From: Candidatus Moraniibacteriota bacterium
Lineage (GTDB): Bacteria; Patescibacteriota; Minisyncoccia; Moranbacterales; UBA1568
Direction of reading: 5' to 3'
DNA length: 64,000 nt
Assembly: GCA_017983435.1 (NCBI GenBank)
Contig: JAGOBM010000006.1
Span: 11,921-75,920, forward strand
The notes beneath the pieces are model-generated. The model saw nothing but the letters and a program-made list of their open reading frames with translations, did not search any database and had not been told where the DNA came from. Shown here piece by piece: positions 29,080-38,451 of this stretch (position 1 is its first letter; the number at the start of each line of letters is the position of its first letter). A program made the translations under genes and the position numbers.

Positions 29080-29496
29080 TCAATAGTTGATGTAGACGAT
29101 AGCGACACACCCGACCGCAACGCCCGCCAAAAGCATCAGAGACCCCAACAGGAACAGATAGGCTGCGATTCTCTCTTGCTGGCGAGTGTAGAAGTAGGAA
29201 GCCAGCCAGATATTGATTCCGACGAAACAGAGCGCGATGCCTGGCAGAATATAGGCCTGCCACCAAGCTCCCAGGAGATCGACGCCGAAATAGACATTGT
29301 AATGCAGCACGGTCAGTACATCGGACGGGTGCAGGAAGAACGGCAGCGTACTGAAAAGGGCTCCGATCATCAGTCCGATGCAGAGCAGCAGGAGACGGAC
29401 GATATTGTTCTGAAAAAATAAACGCCCCTCACCCGCTTCGAGCAGCGGCTGATCGATGGTTTCCTGGAATTGTTTTACCGGCCAGTCGAGAGTCAT
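29080..29496 (-). CDS. small polytopic membrane protein, unknown function
   Basis: 3-4 hydrophobic helices; overlaps rmuC stop by 4 nt (operon). Confidence 0.45.
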   Translation of the reverse strand: MTLDWPVKQFQETIDQPLLEAGEGRLFFQNNIVRLLLLCIGLMIGALFSTLPFFLHPSDVLTVLHYNVYFGVDLLGAWWQAYILPGIALCFVGINIWLASYFYTRQQERIAAYLFLLGSLMLLAGVAVGCVAIVYINY

Positions 29497-30590
29497 ACTG
29501 TTTTCGTTTCAGCGGGTGTCTCTTCAGTCAGGAGCGGCGTATCGCTCTCGCCATGCCGACCGCGTACCTGGATCAGATCATCTTCGAAACGATCGAGGAG
29601 GTGTTCGGCATCCTCATATTTTTTCCGGGCATTGCCGAGGTGTCCGCCGAGAATCTCGAATTCCTTGGCGAAGCGATCATGACTCTTCATCAGCTTCTCG
29701 AGCTGCCCCATGATCTCTTTGGCCCGCTTCTCGATCTGCATCCCCTGCAGACCGAACAGGATCGTCTTGAGATAAGCATAGAACGAGTTCGGCGAGACCG
29801 GAATCACCCGGCGCTCCGTCAAGTACGAAAGCAGACCTTGCTCCTCCTCATCCTTGATGATCACTTCATAATAGACGTTTTCCGCCGGGATATACATGAG
29901 TGCGATATCGAGTGTCCCCTCGTTCGGCACGATGTACTTGTTGGCGATGGCATCGACATGCTTCTTCACGTCATTCAAGAACTGCCTTCTCGCGACCTTC
30001 TTCTCCTCATCCGAGGCAGCCGTGACGATGCGTTTGAAATTCTCGAGCGGAAATTTGGAATCGACGCTGATATCGCCGCCCTTGAGCCGGATGAGTGCGT
30101 CCACCGTCTCCCCGCTCTTAAACGTATGCTGGGTCACGTAGTACTCCTTCGGCAGCATCTTCTCGAGCAGATCATAGAGCATCATCTCACCGAAACCGCC
30201 ACGTATCTTGGGCGCCGTCAGGATCTCCTGCAGCGAAGCGACATCTTTGCTGACCTCGAGAATCTGCCGATTCACCTGATCGACCTGAGCAAGCCGCTCG
30301 CGCACTTCCGTAAACGATTTGGCTGCCGTATCGAGCCGTTTATCAAGTCGGGAAGTATTGTCCGCCAGCCGGCTGTCGAGCATCCCCTGGAAGCCATGCA
30401 GCTGCTGATTGAGCGCGTGCGTCATATGATCCATTCGCTCATCGAAACGGCGATTGAGCGACTCCATCCGCAGCATCATCGCTTCCTGCGCCGCCGCATC
30501 AGATCCGACTGATCGCTCTCGCCGGAACACGAAAAACAACGCGATTCCGCCGACCAACACCAGGACTATGAGCACACTGAACCATTCCAT
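29493..30590 (-). CDS. rmuC: DNA recombination protein RmuC
   Basis: N-terminal TM, long coiled-coil, C-terminal ...LIRLKGGDISVDSKFPLENF... RmuC core. Confidence 0.8.
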   Translation of the reverse strand: MEWFSVLIVLVLVGGIALFFVFRRERSVGSDAAAQEAMMLRMESLNRRFDERMDHMTHALNQQLHGFQGMLDSRLADNTSRLDKRLDTAAKSFTEVRERLAQVDQVNRQILEVSKDVASLQEILTAPKIRGGFGEMMLYDLLEKMLPKEYYVTQHTFKSGETVDALIRLKGGDISVDSKFPLENFKRIVTAASDEEKKVARRQFLNDVKKHVDAIANKYIVPNEGTLDIALMYIPAENVYYEVIIKDEEEQGLLSYLTERRVIPVSPNSFYAYLKTILFGLQGMQIEKRAKEIMGQLEKLMKSHDRFAKEFEILGGHLGNARKKYEDAEHLLDRFEDDLIQVRGRHGESDTPLLTEETPAETKTV

Positions 30591-30700
30591 ATGTTTTCCC
30601 TCCCGATTATCCTTTTGTTTATGATTACGAGCGAGCCCGCAAGCGAAAGCTTGATTTCATCGGGGGGCGAGCGACGTAATTTCAAGCACCGTGACAGCGC

Positions 30701-31306
30701 TTATTTATGTATGCCCGCGATGAAACGCCGGAGCTCGGGGATCTTGTTGACTACCTCTTCATACGGCCCCTCAAGAAACTCGACAAAGAAGCGATCGAGC
30801 ATATTGAGCCGGTAATGCAGCTCCTCCGCATTCATGAGTACGAACTGTATCTCTTTGCCGACTTCAGCCTCGAGATACTGGATAGCGTGCCGCAGCTTAG
30901 TCCGATTCACGTTGTTCACGACGAGAATCATATCTACCTTGCTCTTCGGGTAATTGAGAAACAGTCCGCTGATCAGGATGAGCTTCACTTCACCGATGAC
31001 CTTGAGCTTCTTGAACACCTGCGACTGCGCATGCACGTTGAGCTTGGACACGAGACTCTTGAGCTCGGTATAGAAAGGAAAATCCGTATTGGTCGTATAG
31101 ACTTTCTTCCCCTTGCGCGCCTTCTCCGTGATCAGCTTGAGCTTCGCGAGCTTATTCACTTCGCGGGCAACATCGGTCCGAGACAGCATGATCTTCGCAG
31201 TGACATCGACCACCGAGTTCTCACCCTCGGCATTGAGCAAAAAAAACCGGATAACACGGGCACGGGCCTTGGAACCGAAAAGGGCATCAAACAGGATGAG
31301 GGACAT
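30701..31306 (-). CDS. hypothetical protein (possible winged-helix N-terminus)
   Basis: Start set at ATG (MSLILFDALFGSKARARVIRFFLL); no family confidently recognised. Confidence 0.4.
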   Translation of the reverse strand: MSLILFDALFGSKARARVIRFFLLNAEGENSVVDVTAKIMLSRTDVAREVNKLAKLKLITEKARKGKKVYTTNTDFPFYTELKSLVSKLNVHAQSQVFKKLKVIGEVKLILISGLFLNYPKSKVDMILVVNNVNRTKLRHAIQYLEAEVGKEIQFVLMNAEELHYRLNMLDRFFVEFLEGPYEEVVNKIPELRRFIAGIHK

Positions 31307-31417
31307 ACTTTCAGGGAAAATACGGATTACGGTATACTTCCCTTGAGTATACGGCAGAGTTCCGTGAAAAGTCAACGGAAAAAGCCACAAATAAGCCCTG
31401 ATACAAGCCGAAAATTG

Positions 31418-31427
31418 TGGTATACTA
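31418..31427 (+). promoter_or_regulatory. extended -10 (TGgTATACT) ~14 nt upstream of ATG 31441 (very short leader)
   Basis: ttgtggtatactag at 31415-31428. Confidence 0.3.
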
Positions 31428-31440
31428 GAAAAATGAAGCT

Positions 31441-33825
31441 ATGAGGGAACGAAAAGGAGAAAAACCAAAGGCGTTTCAGGAGTACGACCGTGTCATTACG
31501 GAGATCCAAGCGACCCGAGGACGGAATGCCGAACACTTCATAAAGATTTTCCGGCACGAAAACGATAATGTCGCTGGCGCTTCGCTCGGCGTCCTGCTTG
31601 GTGTTTTTGAGATCGATGACCAGAGCGAGGATTCCAAGTATATCGTCAATTTCCTTTTCTCCGTCGCCAAGAACGAATACTTCTGCAATCCTCGGCGCGG
31701 CGCCATGGAAAGCTTCGAAGCGGCGCTCCATAAGATCAACGTCGCCCTCGCTGAGATCGTCAAACATGGCAATATCGACTGGCTCGGCAAGTTCCACGGC
31801 ACCATAGCGATCATCGAAAAAAACTCCATCCATCTCTCCGCTACCGGCGATGGCCGCATCTATCTCTTCCGCAACGGTACGCTCTCGCATATCAGCGAAG
31901 GACTCGCTTCTCCGGATGCCGCGGAGCATCCGATCAAGACCTTCATCGAGATCTCCAGCGGTCGGCTCGCACCCGATGATCGTCTCCTCTTTTTTCTGCC
32001 TCAGGTCTTCTCGCTGCTCGATGAAGAAACCATCGAACGCCAAGCACAGCGCATGGACAAAGACCGGTTCGCTCAATTCCTCCGCACCGCCATGATCAAC
32101 GAGCTTGATCGGAGCGGCGCCATCATCGTCGATATCACCGAGCCAAGCGAGTCCGCTCGCGCCAAAGCGGAGGCCCCCGAAAGACAGCGTCCGGAAATCA
32201 AAAGCTATTTTTCCGAGGCCGCCTTCGAAGCGAAGCATCAGGAAAGCATCGCCGCGGCCCTTTCTGAGGAATCTCCGCACCATGCCTCAGGAACATCCGA
32301 ATACACCGATACGAAAACCGGCCATATCTATGTCCAGGGAGACGAGAATAGCACGCCGATAGAGACGTCCCGTTTCGCGGAGTATCTCGAGGATTTCTTC
32401 CATTCGAGCCGAGTCATCCGCGAGCAAGGCACCCGGGCCATGCGCCGGTCTTTCCGCAACTTCTCCGATCGAAGCCGCCTCTTCTGCGTCGCATCTGCGG
32501 AGCGATGCCGCCAGATCAGTGTCGGATTTTTCAAAAAACATCTCCGCTCCAGACGACCAGGAGCGACTGAATCCATCGCCACCCTCGAACCAGTCGCTGT
32601 TCTTCAAAAGCAACCGGTGCCTCAGACACCACCACATCACCCTACCGATACGCCCCGTCTACCGCTCTCATCGGCAGCGATACCAGCCACACCGGGATCA
32701 CCCCGTATCAAGGCTTCTTTTTCACAGTTTTCCCAAACATCCGGGCGTATAGCCGCCAAGACCGCTCCACTGTTCCGTAGAGCGCTCGCCTCTCTCCAGA
32801 CGGTTGCTGGTATGATTGTTTCCTGGCTTCGCACTTGGATACCCCGGCTCTCGAGCCAGATTGTCCGCTCTATACGCCCTGCTCTCTCACATATCGTCCG
32901 CCTCTTCCAAAGACTTCCGTTCAAAGCCCGCATCGGAGTACTCCTGCTCTCTACCGCGAGCATCGCGACTTTCTTCTGGATTATGGCGCGCCCCGATACC
33001 TCCGAACCGGCACCGACTTCGGAACCAGAGACAAACCTTTCCGAGGTAGAACCAACCGCATCCATCCGATCAACCGAAACACTCGCGGCCGATCTCCCAG
33101 CTCTGCGCCTTCTCTCAGAACACGCCGATACCATAGCCATCGCCTCTCTCAACGACACCCTCGTCATCGCCACCCGGACGACGATCGAAATCCCCTCACT
33201 CGCCATTTCAGCAGTACTCCCGGCCGAAAGCGGAGCGGTCCGCGCTATCGCTCCGATGCCTGACCTCCGGACATTGTTTATCCTCACCGAAAGCGGAAAA
33301 CTACTCTCCTTCACCCCTTCCAATACGACATTCACAGAAAACACCCTCCCAACCGACACTCATTCTATTCAGGCCATCGGCGCCTATCTCACCTATCTCT
33401 ACGCGCTCGATGGAAACAGCGGCCAGATCTATCGCTTCCCGCGCGCTCAGGGCGGATTCAGTGAGGGTCTCGCCTGGCTCAAACCATCGATTGCTCCAGA
33501 CAGAGAGGCGACATTTGCGGTCAACGACATGGTCTCTCTCTTTGCCCATGGTTCACTCCGCCAGTTTTCACGCGGCAAAGAAGTCCGGACTTTTGAAATG
33601 CCCAACGTACCTCTACAAACCCTGCTCTTAGCCTCCGAACCAGACAACACCCGCATCGTCGGACTCGATAATCAGAACCATCGCCTCGTCATCTGGAATA
33701 CCGAAGGTGCTATCGAACAGCAGTACTTCTCCGACCGCCTTGCTGACATCCGCAGTCTCTCGCTCCACGGACCAGTAGTCAGCCTCTCCACTGATACCGC
33801 AGTATTCGAGCTTATTCTTCCTTAG
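31441..33825 (+). CDS. 794-aa single-pass membrane protein: N-terminal degenerate PP2C/SpoIIE-like domain, low-complexity linker, C-terminal extracytoplasmic domain
   Basis: ...GKFHGTIAIIEKNSIHLSATGDGRIYLFRNG resembles PP2C motifs; TM IGVLLLSTASIATFFWIM around aa 520; bidirectional terminator after stop. Confidence 0.55.
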   Translation: MRERKGEKPKAFQEYDRVITEIQATRGRNAEHFIKIFRHENDNVAGASLGVLLGVFEIDDQSEDSKYIVNFLFSVAKNEYFCNPRRGAMESFEAALHKINVALAEIVKHGNIDWLGKFHGTIAIIEKNSIHLSATGDGRIYLFRNGTLSHISEGLASPDAAEHPIKTFIEISSGRLAPDDRLLFFLPQVFSLLDEETIERQAQRMDKDRFAQFLRTAMINELDRSGAIIVDITEPSESARAKAEAPERQRPEIKSYFSEAAFEAKHQESIAAALSEESPHHASGTSEYTDTKTGHIYVQGDENSTPIETSRFAEYLEDFFHSSRVIREQGTRAMRRSFRNFSDRSRLFCVASAERCRQISVGFFKKHLRSRRPGATESIATLEPVAVLQKQPVPQTPPHHPTDTPRLPLSSAAIPATPGSPRIKASFSQFSQTSGRIAAKTAPLFRRALASLQTVAGMIVSWLRTWIPRLSSQIVRSIRPALSHIVRLFQRLPFKARIGVLLLSTASIATFFWIMARPDTSEPAPTSEPETNLSEVEPTASIRSTETLAADLPALRLLSEHADTIAIASLNDTLVIATRTTIEIPSLAISAVLPAESGAVRAIAPMPDLRTLFILTESGKLLSFTPSNTTFTENTLPTDTHSIQAIGAYLTYLYALDGNSGQIYRFPRAQGGFSEGLAWLKPSIAPDREATFAVNDMVSLFAHGSLRQFSRGKEVRTFEMPNVPLQTLLLASEPDNTRIVGLDNQNHRLVIWNTEGAIEQQYFSDRLADIRSLSLHGPVVSLSTDTAVFELILP

Positions 33826-33854
33826 GGATACCCTCTAGAGAAGTATCGAGGAGC

Positions 33855-33890
33855 AAAAACAGCGATCACCCGCTGTTTTCTCTTTTTATC
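33855..33890. terminator. bidirectional rho-independent terminator (aaaacagcg atcacc cgctgtttt)
   Basis: 9-bp hairpin with flanking A-run and T-run between convergent genes. Confidence 0.6.
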
Positions 33891-33901
33891 CCCTCACTCC
33901 T

Positions 33902-34664
33902 TTACTTGCAACAAACGATAGAAATCGTAGCATCAGAGGTATATTCATCATCATCGGTCAAGCAGGCCTGTATATTGGCAGGATCAAAACTTATATCCCA
34001 ATCAGACTGGCCTGAAGCACTATTGCCAACACTGCGCATATAACAACCTGTTTTTTGATACTCTCCAAGACACTCTATCCCCCAAAGACGTATAAAAGAT
34101 TCATCCCGTATACTACTTCCTGTTCCAATAGACGCAACTTCTGATGTATCGCCGGTGGTAGTGCTTCCGTCCTTATAATACACCCGGATAGAATCATTTT
34201 TATACCGTGTCGCCTGCACGCAAGAGAGCCCGCTTGCCGCCACCGCCGTCTCCACCACTCGTGTGGTCCCAAAAGCGGAGCCTTCTGATTTGATCCGTAC
34301 CACAGTGTCTCTCCAATCCGTAGCGGCACAGGTGACGAGCACTCCATCATTGTCATAGAACGAGACTTTGATATTGCCTCCGACAACATTGCTCTTGGAA
34401 ATGGTGTCCGGCACAGGAGGCTCCGCCTCCCATGGCGGTAGCCATGGCATTGAGATCGGTGTAGTTGTTCTTGTAGATCTTCTGGAGAGCGAGCTCGATA
34501 CCGGAGTCAGCCACTTGGAAGGATTGGACGGATTTGCCGGTAGAAGAGGCGGAACGCTGATTGGTGATAGAGACACTCGCTACCGTGATAGCGGCGGAGA
34601 GGATGATGCTCAAGATGATGAGAGAGAAGACGAGGACAGAGCCTTTTTTGGGGAGGAGAGGCAT
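33902..34664 (-). pseudogene. pilin/pseudopilin-like gene split by a frameshift near 34430-34450
   Basis: ORF 34353..34664 has a class-III-like signal-anchor (MPLLPKKGSVLVFSLIILSIILSAAITVA) but a junk C-terminus. ORF 33902..34576 has a junk Pro/Ser N-terminus, then a globular Cys-containing domain. The two frames overlap by ~220 nt. Confidence 0.45.
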
Positions 34665-35143
34665 AGAAGATTTGAGTTATTGTTTGGTTTCAGTTTACGC
34701 TGTTTTGAGTGAGGGAGCAAGATGCGAAAGTAGATTTTTTCTGTGATTAAGAATTTCTTCCTGCTGGTTTCCCAGACCAGAAAATGCAATCCAGAGAATG
34801 CAGACCCCCACCGACCCAGCCAGCAAATTTTTTCCTCACTATCGGTTTAAAGCACCTCGGGCTTCAGAAAAAATCTCTGGCTGGGTCGGCGAGGGGGTGG
34901 TATTACAACGTCACAGTGAAATCGATTCCTAGACCAGAACAAAAGCACAAAGAACCATCAGCCGATCTCACTTCAGGGCGCGGCTTGAAAGCATTTCAGC
35001 ATGGTTTCCGTCAGGATGACGGAATGAAATGCTTTCACGTCAGTCAAAAGCTCGCAGGGATTTTGACGGCGCCATGAGGTGAGTCGGTTGGTGGTTCTCC
35101 GATGGGAATGCGGTTTTTTTTATAATTGAAGGGAAATTTTATC

Positions 35144-37630
35144 TCATATTTTTTCAGCCAGTTTGACCCGATCCATGATTTCACGGTTGACGATAGTCGC
35201 GTCGCGACCGAACCGCAACCGGGACAGCTCTTTCAGGGCATTGGCGATTTCCTGACTGCCCCGCGTCGGCGGATAGGTCTTCATGTTGAATGGCTTGGTC
35301 AGTTCTCCATTCATCAACAGGCGAGCGAAACAATTGTAATTATCCACGTTCATCAGGTCGTTCGGACTGAAGACCGGTGAGAACTGCTTCTCGAGAAATT
35401 CTGCATCTTCCGGACCGACTCGAAACGCCACCATCGAACCGACATTGCCGAAGACCGCCTTGGATATCTCCTCCTTGAGCTGCGCGATGAATTGGTGCGC
35501 CAAGACCAGACAGAGGCGATACTTGCGCGCTTCCGAGAGAATCTGCGCGATCGAATTCGTCGTGACATTCTGAAACTCATCCAGATAGAGATAGAAATCC
35601 TGCCGCTCATCTTCCGGAGTATCGACGCGAGACAGCGCTGCCATGAGCAACCGACCGACGATAACCATACCGAGCAACTTGGCGTTGATCTCCCCGATCT
35701 TGCCTTTGGAAAGATTGACGAGGAAAATCTTCTTTCCATCCATGATATCTCGGAAATCGAGGGCGCTCTTCTGCTGCGCGATAATCGGACGCATGATGTC
35801 GTTCGAGATGAAGGTCGTCAGCTTGGACGTGATATAGGGGACCATATTGGCCAGCGCTGCCTCGCCACCAGCCTTCTCGGCTTCCTTGAGCCAGAAATCA
35901 CGGACAATCGGATTCGTGCAGTGTTCGAGCTTGTACCGGCGAAACTCCTCATCCGCCAGCACCTTGGATATCTCCATAAGCGTCGAACCGCTTTCCGGAT
36001 GTTCCATGATCAAGAGCATCGCATTGCGCATATACTGCTCGAACATCGGCCCTCCGGTCGATTTGAGATCATACAACTGATCGAAGATACCGATCATCTC
36101 ATTGATGATGAAAGTCTTCTGCTCGGGATGCGCCGGGTCGTATTCGAGCATATTGATACCGATCGGTCGGGCGATATCTGATGGATCAAACACAATGACA
36201 TCCTCCGCCCGCTCCTTCGGAATCGCCGTCAGGATATCCTCGATCGCATCACCATGCGGATCGATAAAGCAGAAACCCTTGCCAGCTGCCGCATCTTTCT
36301 TCGCCATTTCCTGGAGAAAATTCGATTTTCCAGCCCCAGTCTGACCGATCGCATAGAGATGACGACGACGATCATTGTCCGTGATGCGTATCTCTGATTT
36401 GGCTCCACGATAGTCATTAAATCCGAGCAAGAGTCCCTCGGTCGGGATATTGATCGGAGGAGCAGCCGCACCGGATTTGAGCCATTTGATCTTCGGTGTT
36501 TCCGTCGTAGAAATCGGGAAATGGAAGATGCTTGCGATTTCCTCGATACCGAGCACACAAGCATGCTCTTCGTCGAAGGTCCGGAAGATATATTCGAAGA
36601 CCGCCCGCTTTTCTTTCACCCGGCGTAGTACTTTGAATGTATTAACATCCGGATTTTCAAATTGTCCGAACGCGTTTTCCATCTGAGAGAGTATCTCTTC
36701 GGCCCGAGCGTGATCCGCTGCTGTCGCGATCAGGCGGATATTGACCCGGAACGCTGCCTTGCCTGATTTGGCCTCGATAGCTTTTACCAGATCTTGCTCT
36801 TCCGGAGTCAGCGAGATCGGCTTTGGCTCATTCGCTTCCGGATGCGTCTGGGATGACAAGACACTCACCATCCCCTTCCCGAGCTCTTTACCGGCATCCT
36901 GCAAGAGAGACGAGTCGCTATGCGCATCCTTGAGCCGCTGCCCACCCTGCATCCTCTGGGCGATCGACTTGCCTGCGGACCGCCAATCGCTCGGAGCGCC
37001 TGAGAGCACCACCTGGATCGCCGCGCCTTCGGCTTCCGTCTTGAGCCGGGAGAGCGCGTTGGAAATCTCATTGAGCGGATCAGCACCGATCGAACGATAG
37101 GTGCGGAGCGGGAGAGCGTAGTTGTTCCGGAGACCGATCGTCGCGACCGCCGTCGCACTGTCTGGGGAAAAGACGGTGTAGTCGGATACCTTTTCGATCA
37201 CCGCGTTCGGGAAAAAACTATGTATCTGCTTCTCGATGCTTTCGCGGAAACGCTTCGGGACGGAAATATAGAAAAATATCTCCTCGCTGTTCGAGGGATT
37301 GGCGATTTCAAACACGATATTGGGCGCCGTATAGAACCACTGCCTCCAAGAACCCGTCTTCCATTTGATCGTCGCGACTGATGAGAGCAGTTGTTCCATC
37401 GCTGCCACTTCGTCCCGCCAGGCTTCGGCATCATGATTCTGTGCTTCTCCGGATGAACGGTTCGGACGGGATACTTTGACGACCTCCAGATCAGCATTCA
37501 TCGACTGGCTGACAGCGATACGAAATCGGAGCACGCTCCTGACTATAAGGAAGACACCCGAAAAAAACGCCAACAGACCAAAAACACCCAAGAGCGGTGC
37601 CAGGACTATATTCCAATCGAAACCCGACAT
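35144..37630 (-). CDS. membrane-anchored FtsK/HerA-superfamily P-loop ATPase (VirB4/VirD4/DUF87-like secretion or DNA-translocation ATPase)
   Basis: N-terminal TM (IVLAPLLGVFGLLAFFSGVF). Walker A AIGQTGAGKS around aa 440, then FIDPHGD, Walker B FYLYLDEFQNV, and ARKYRLCLVLAHQF (HerA/VirB4-type C-terminal motif). Confidence 0.65.
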   Translation of the reverse strand: MSGFDWNIVLAPLLGVFGLLAFFSGVFLIVRSVLRFRIAVSQSMNADLEVVKVSRPNRSSGEAQNHDAEAWRDEVAAMEQLLSSVATIKWKTGSWRQWFYTAPNIVFEIANPSNSEEIFFYISVPKRFRESIEKQIHSFFPNAVIEKVSDYTVFSPDSATAVATIGLRNNYALPLRTYRSIGADPLNEISNALSRLKTEAEGAAIQVVLSGAPSDWRSAGKSIAQRMQGGQRLKDAHSDSSLLQDAGKELGKGMVSVLSSQTHPEANEPKPISLTPEEQDLVKAIEAKSGKAAFRVNIRLIATAADHARAEEILSQMENAFGQFENPDVNTFKVLRRVKEKRAVFEYIFRTFDEEHACVLGIEEIASIFHFPISTTETPKIKWLKSGAAAPPINIPTEGLLLGFNDYRGAKSEIRITDNDRRRHLYAIGQTGAGKSNFLQEMAKKDAAAGKGFCFIDPHGDAIEDILTAIPKERAEDVIVFDPSDIARPIGINMLEYDPAHPEQKTFIINEMIGIFDQLYDLKSTGGPMFEQYMRNAMLLIMEHPESGSTLMEISKVLADEEFRRYKLEHCTNPIVRDFWLKEAEKAGGEAALANMVPYITSKLTTFISNDIMRPIIAQQKSALDFRDIMDGKKIFLVNLSKGKIGEINAKLLGMVIVGRLLMAALSRVDTPEDERQDFYLYLDEFQNVTTNSIAQILSEARKYRLCLVLAHQFIAQLKEEISKAVFGNVGSMVAFRVGPEDAEFLEKQFSPVFSPNDLMNVDNYNCFARLLMNGELTKPFNMKTYPPTRGSQEIANALKELSRLRFGRDATIVNREIMDRVKLAEKI

Positions 37631-37663
37631 AATCTGTTTTTGTTTGTTTTTTACTCTGCCTCT

Positions 37664-38107
37664 CTACTCCCGATCGATCATACCTTTCTCGACCAGTCCT
37701 TGATAGAACTTGTCTACCAACTCATCATGCATGCGATCCAACAGGTAGTAATTCTTCATCTTGCGGGCCACATTCACTCCATGCAGGACACCCTTCTGCA
37801 TAACCAGGTCGAGGAGGCGCGTCACTTGACTTTCCGTATCGCCGAGGAGAGAAAGATTGCGTGCGTCATCATGCGCATCGTCCCGCATGACAGCGCCTGC
37901 CTGCCCTGACACCAGTGCTGTTTTCTGGAGAATCTCTGATAACTTTCCTGTTTCAACTTCTCCCTTCGATTCAACCACCTGCTCCGGCACCGGTTCCGCC
38001 GAACCCGCTTCCACCTGTGGCGCAGACGTCGAACCAGACTCCGCCGAAGCAGCTTCAAACACCGCCCCAAACGTATTGTCACTGGATTTCAGATCTTCTG
38101 CGGGCAT
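37664..38107 (-). CDS. hypothetical protein (acidic N-terminus)
   Basis: ATG start; ORFan inside the operon. Confidence 0.45.
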   Translation of the reverse strand: MPAEDLKSSDNTFGAVFEAASAESGSTSAPQVEAGSAEPVPEQVVESKGEVETGKLSEILQKTALVSGQAGAVMRDDAHDDARNLSLLGDTESQVTRLLDLVMQKGVLHGVNVARKMKNYYLLDRMHDELVDKFYQGLVEKGMIDRE

Positions 38108-38118
38108 ACGATTCCGTA

Positions 38119-38442
38119 TCAGCTCAATTTCACTGTCTCCTTGAACTCCTTGACGATACCAGCCACAAAATCATCGTACTCGGGGATGCGCGAACGGAAA
38201 AATTGCGCTATATCGTCATCCGAAGGCGATTTCTCGAGCAGCGCTTCATATTCCCCTATGCCTGACTCACCGATTTTCGCCATGGATTCGGCATAAATCA
38301 CCTTGATCAGCGAAGCAAACGCCATCTCGAGAGCCTCTTCCTGCTTCTCTTCCGAAAAAGCACTCAGGCCGAACTCCTGCACCAGCTGTTGTCGGATCTC
38401 TTCTCTGTCAATCATCGGCTCCGTCATACATATGCATGTCAA
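38119..38442 (-). CDS. hypothetical small acidic protein
   Basis: ORFan, tightly spaced with neighbours. Confidence 0.4.
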   Translation of the reverse strand: MTCICMTEPMIDREEIRQQLVQEFGLSAFSEEKQEEALEMAFASLIKVIYAESMAKIGESGIGEYEALLEKSPSDDDIAQFFRSRIPEYDDFVAGIVKEFKETVKLS

Positions 38443-38451
38443 AAAATTATA

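Noticed and set aside
29553-30512. 319-aa plus-strand ORF antisense to rmuC
   Set aside because: Arg/His/Leu-rich composition typical of antisense frames in GC-rich coding DNA; rmuC on the other strand has clear family motifs. The same reasoning applies to 15500..16120, 16226..16615, 47423..48172, 52137..53159, 55 806..55408-type antisense ORFs.
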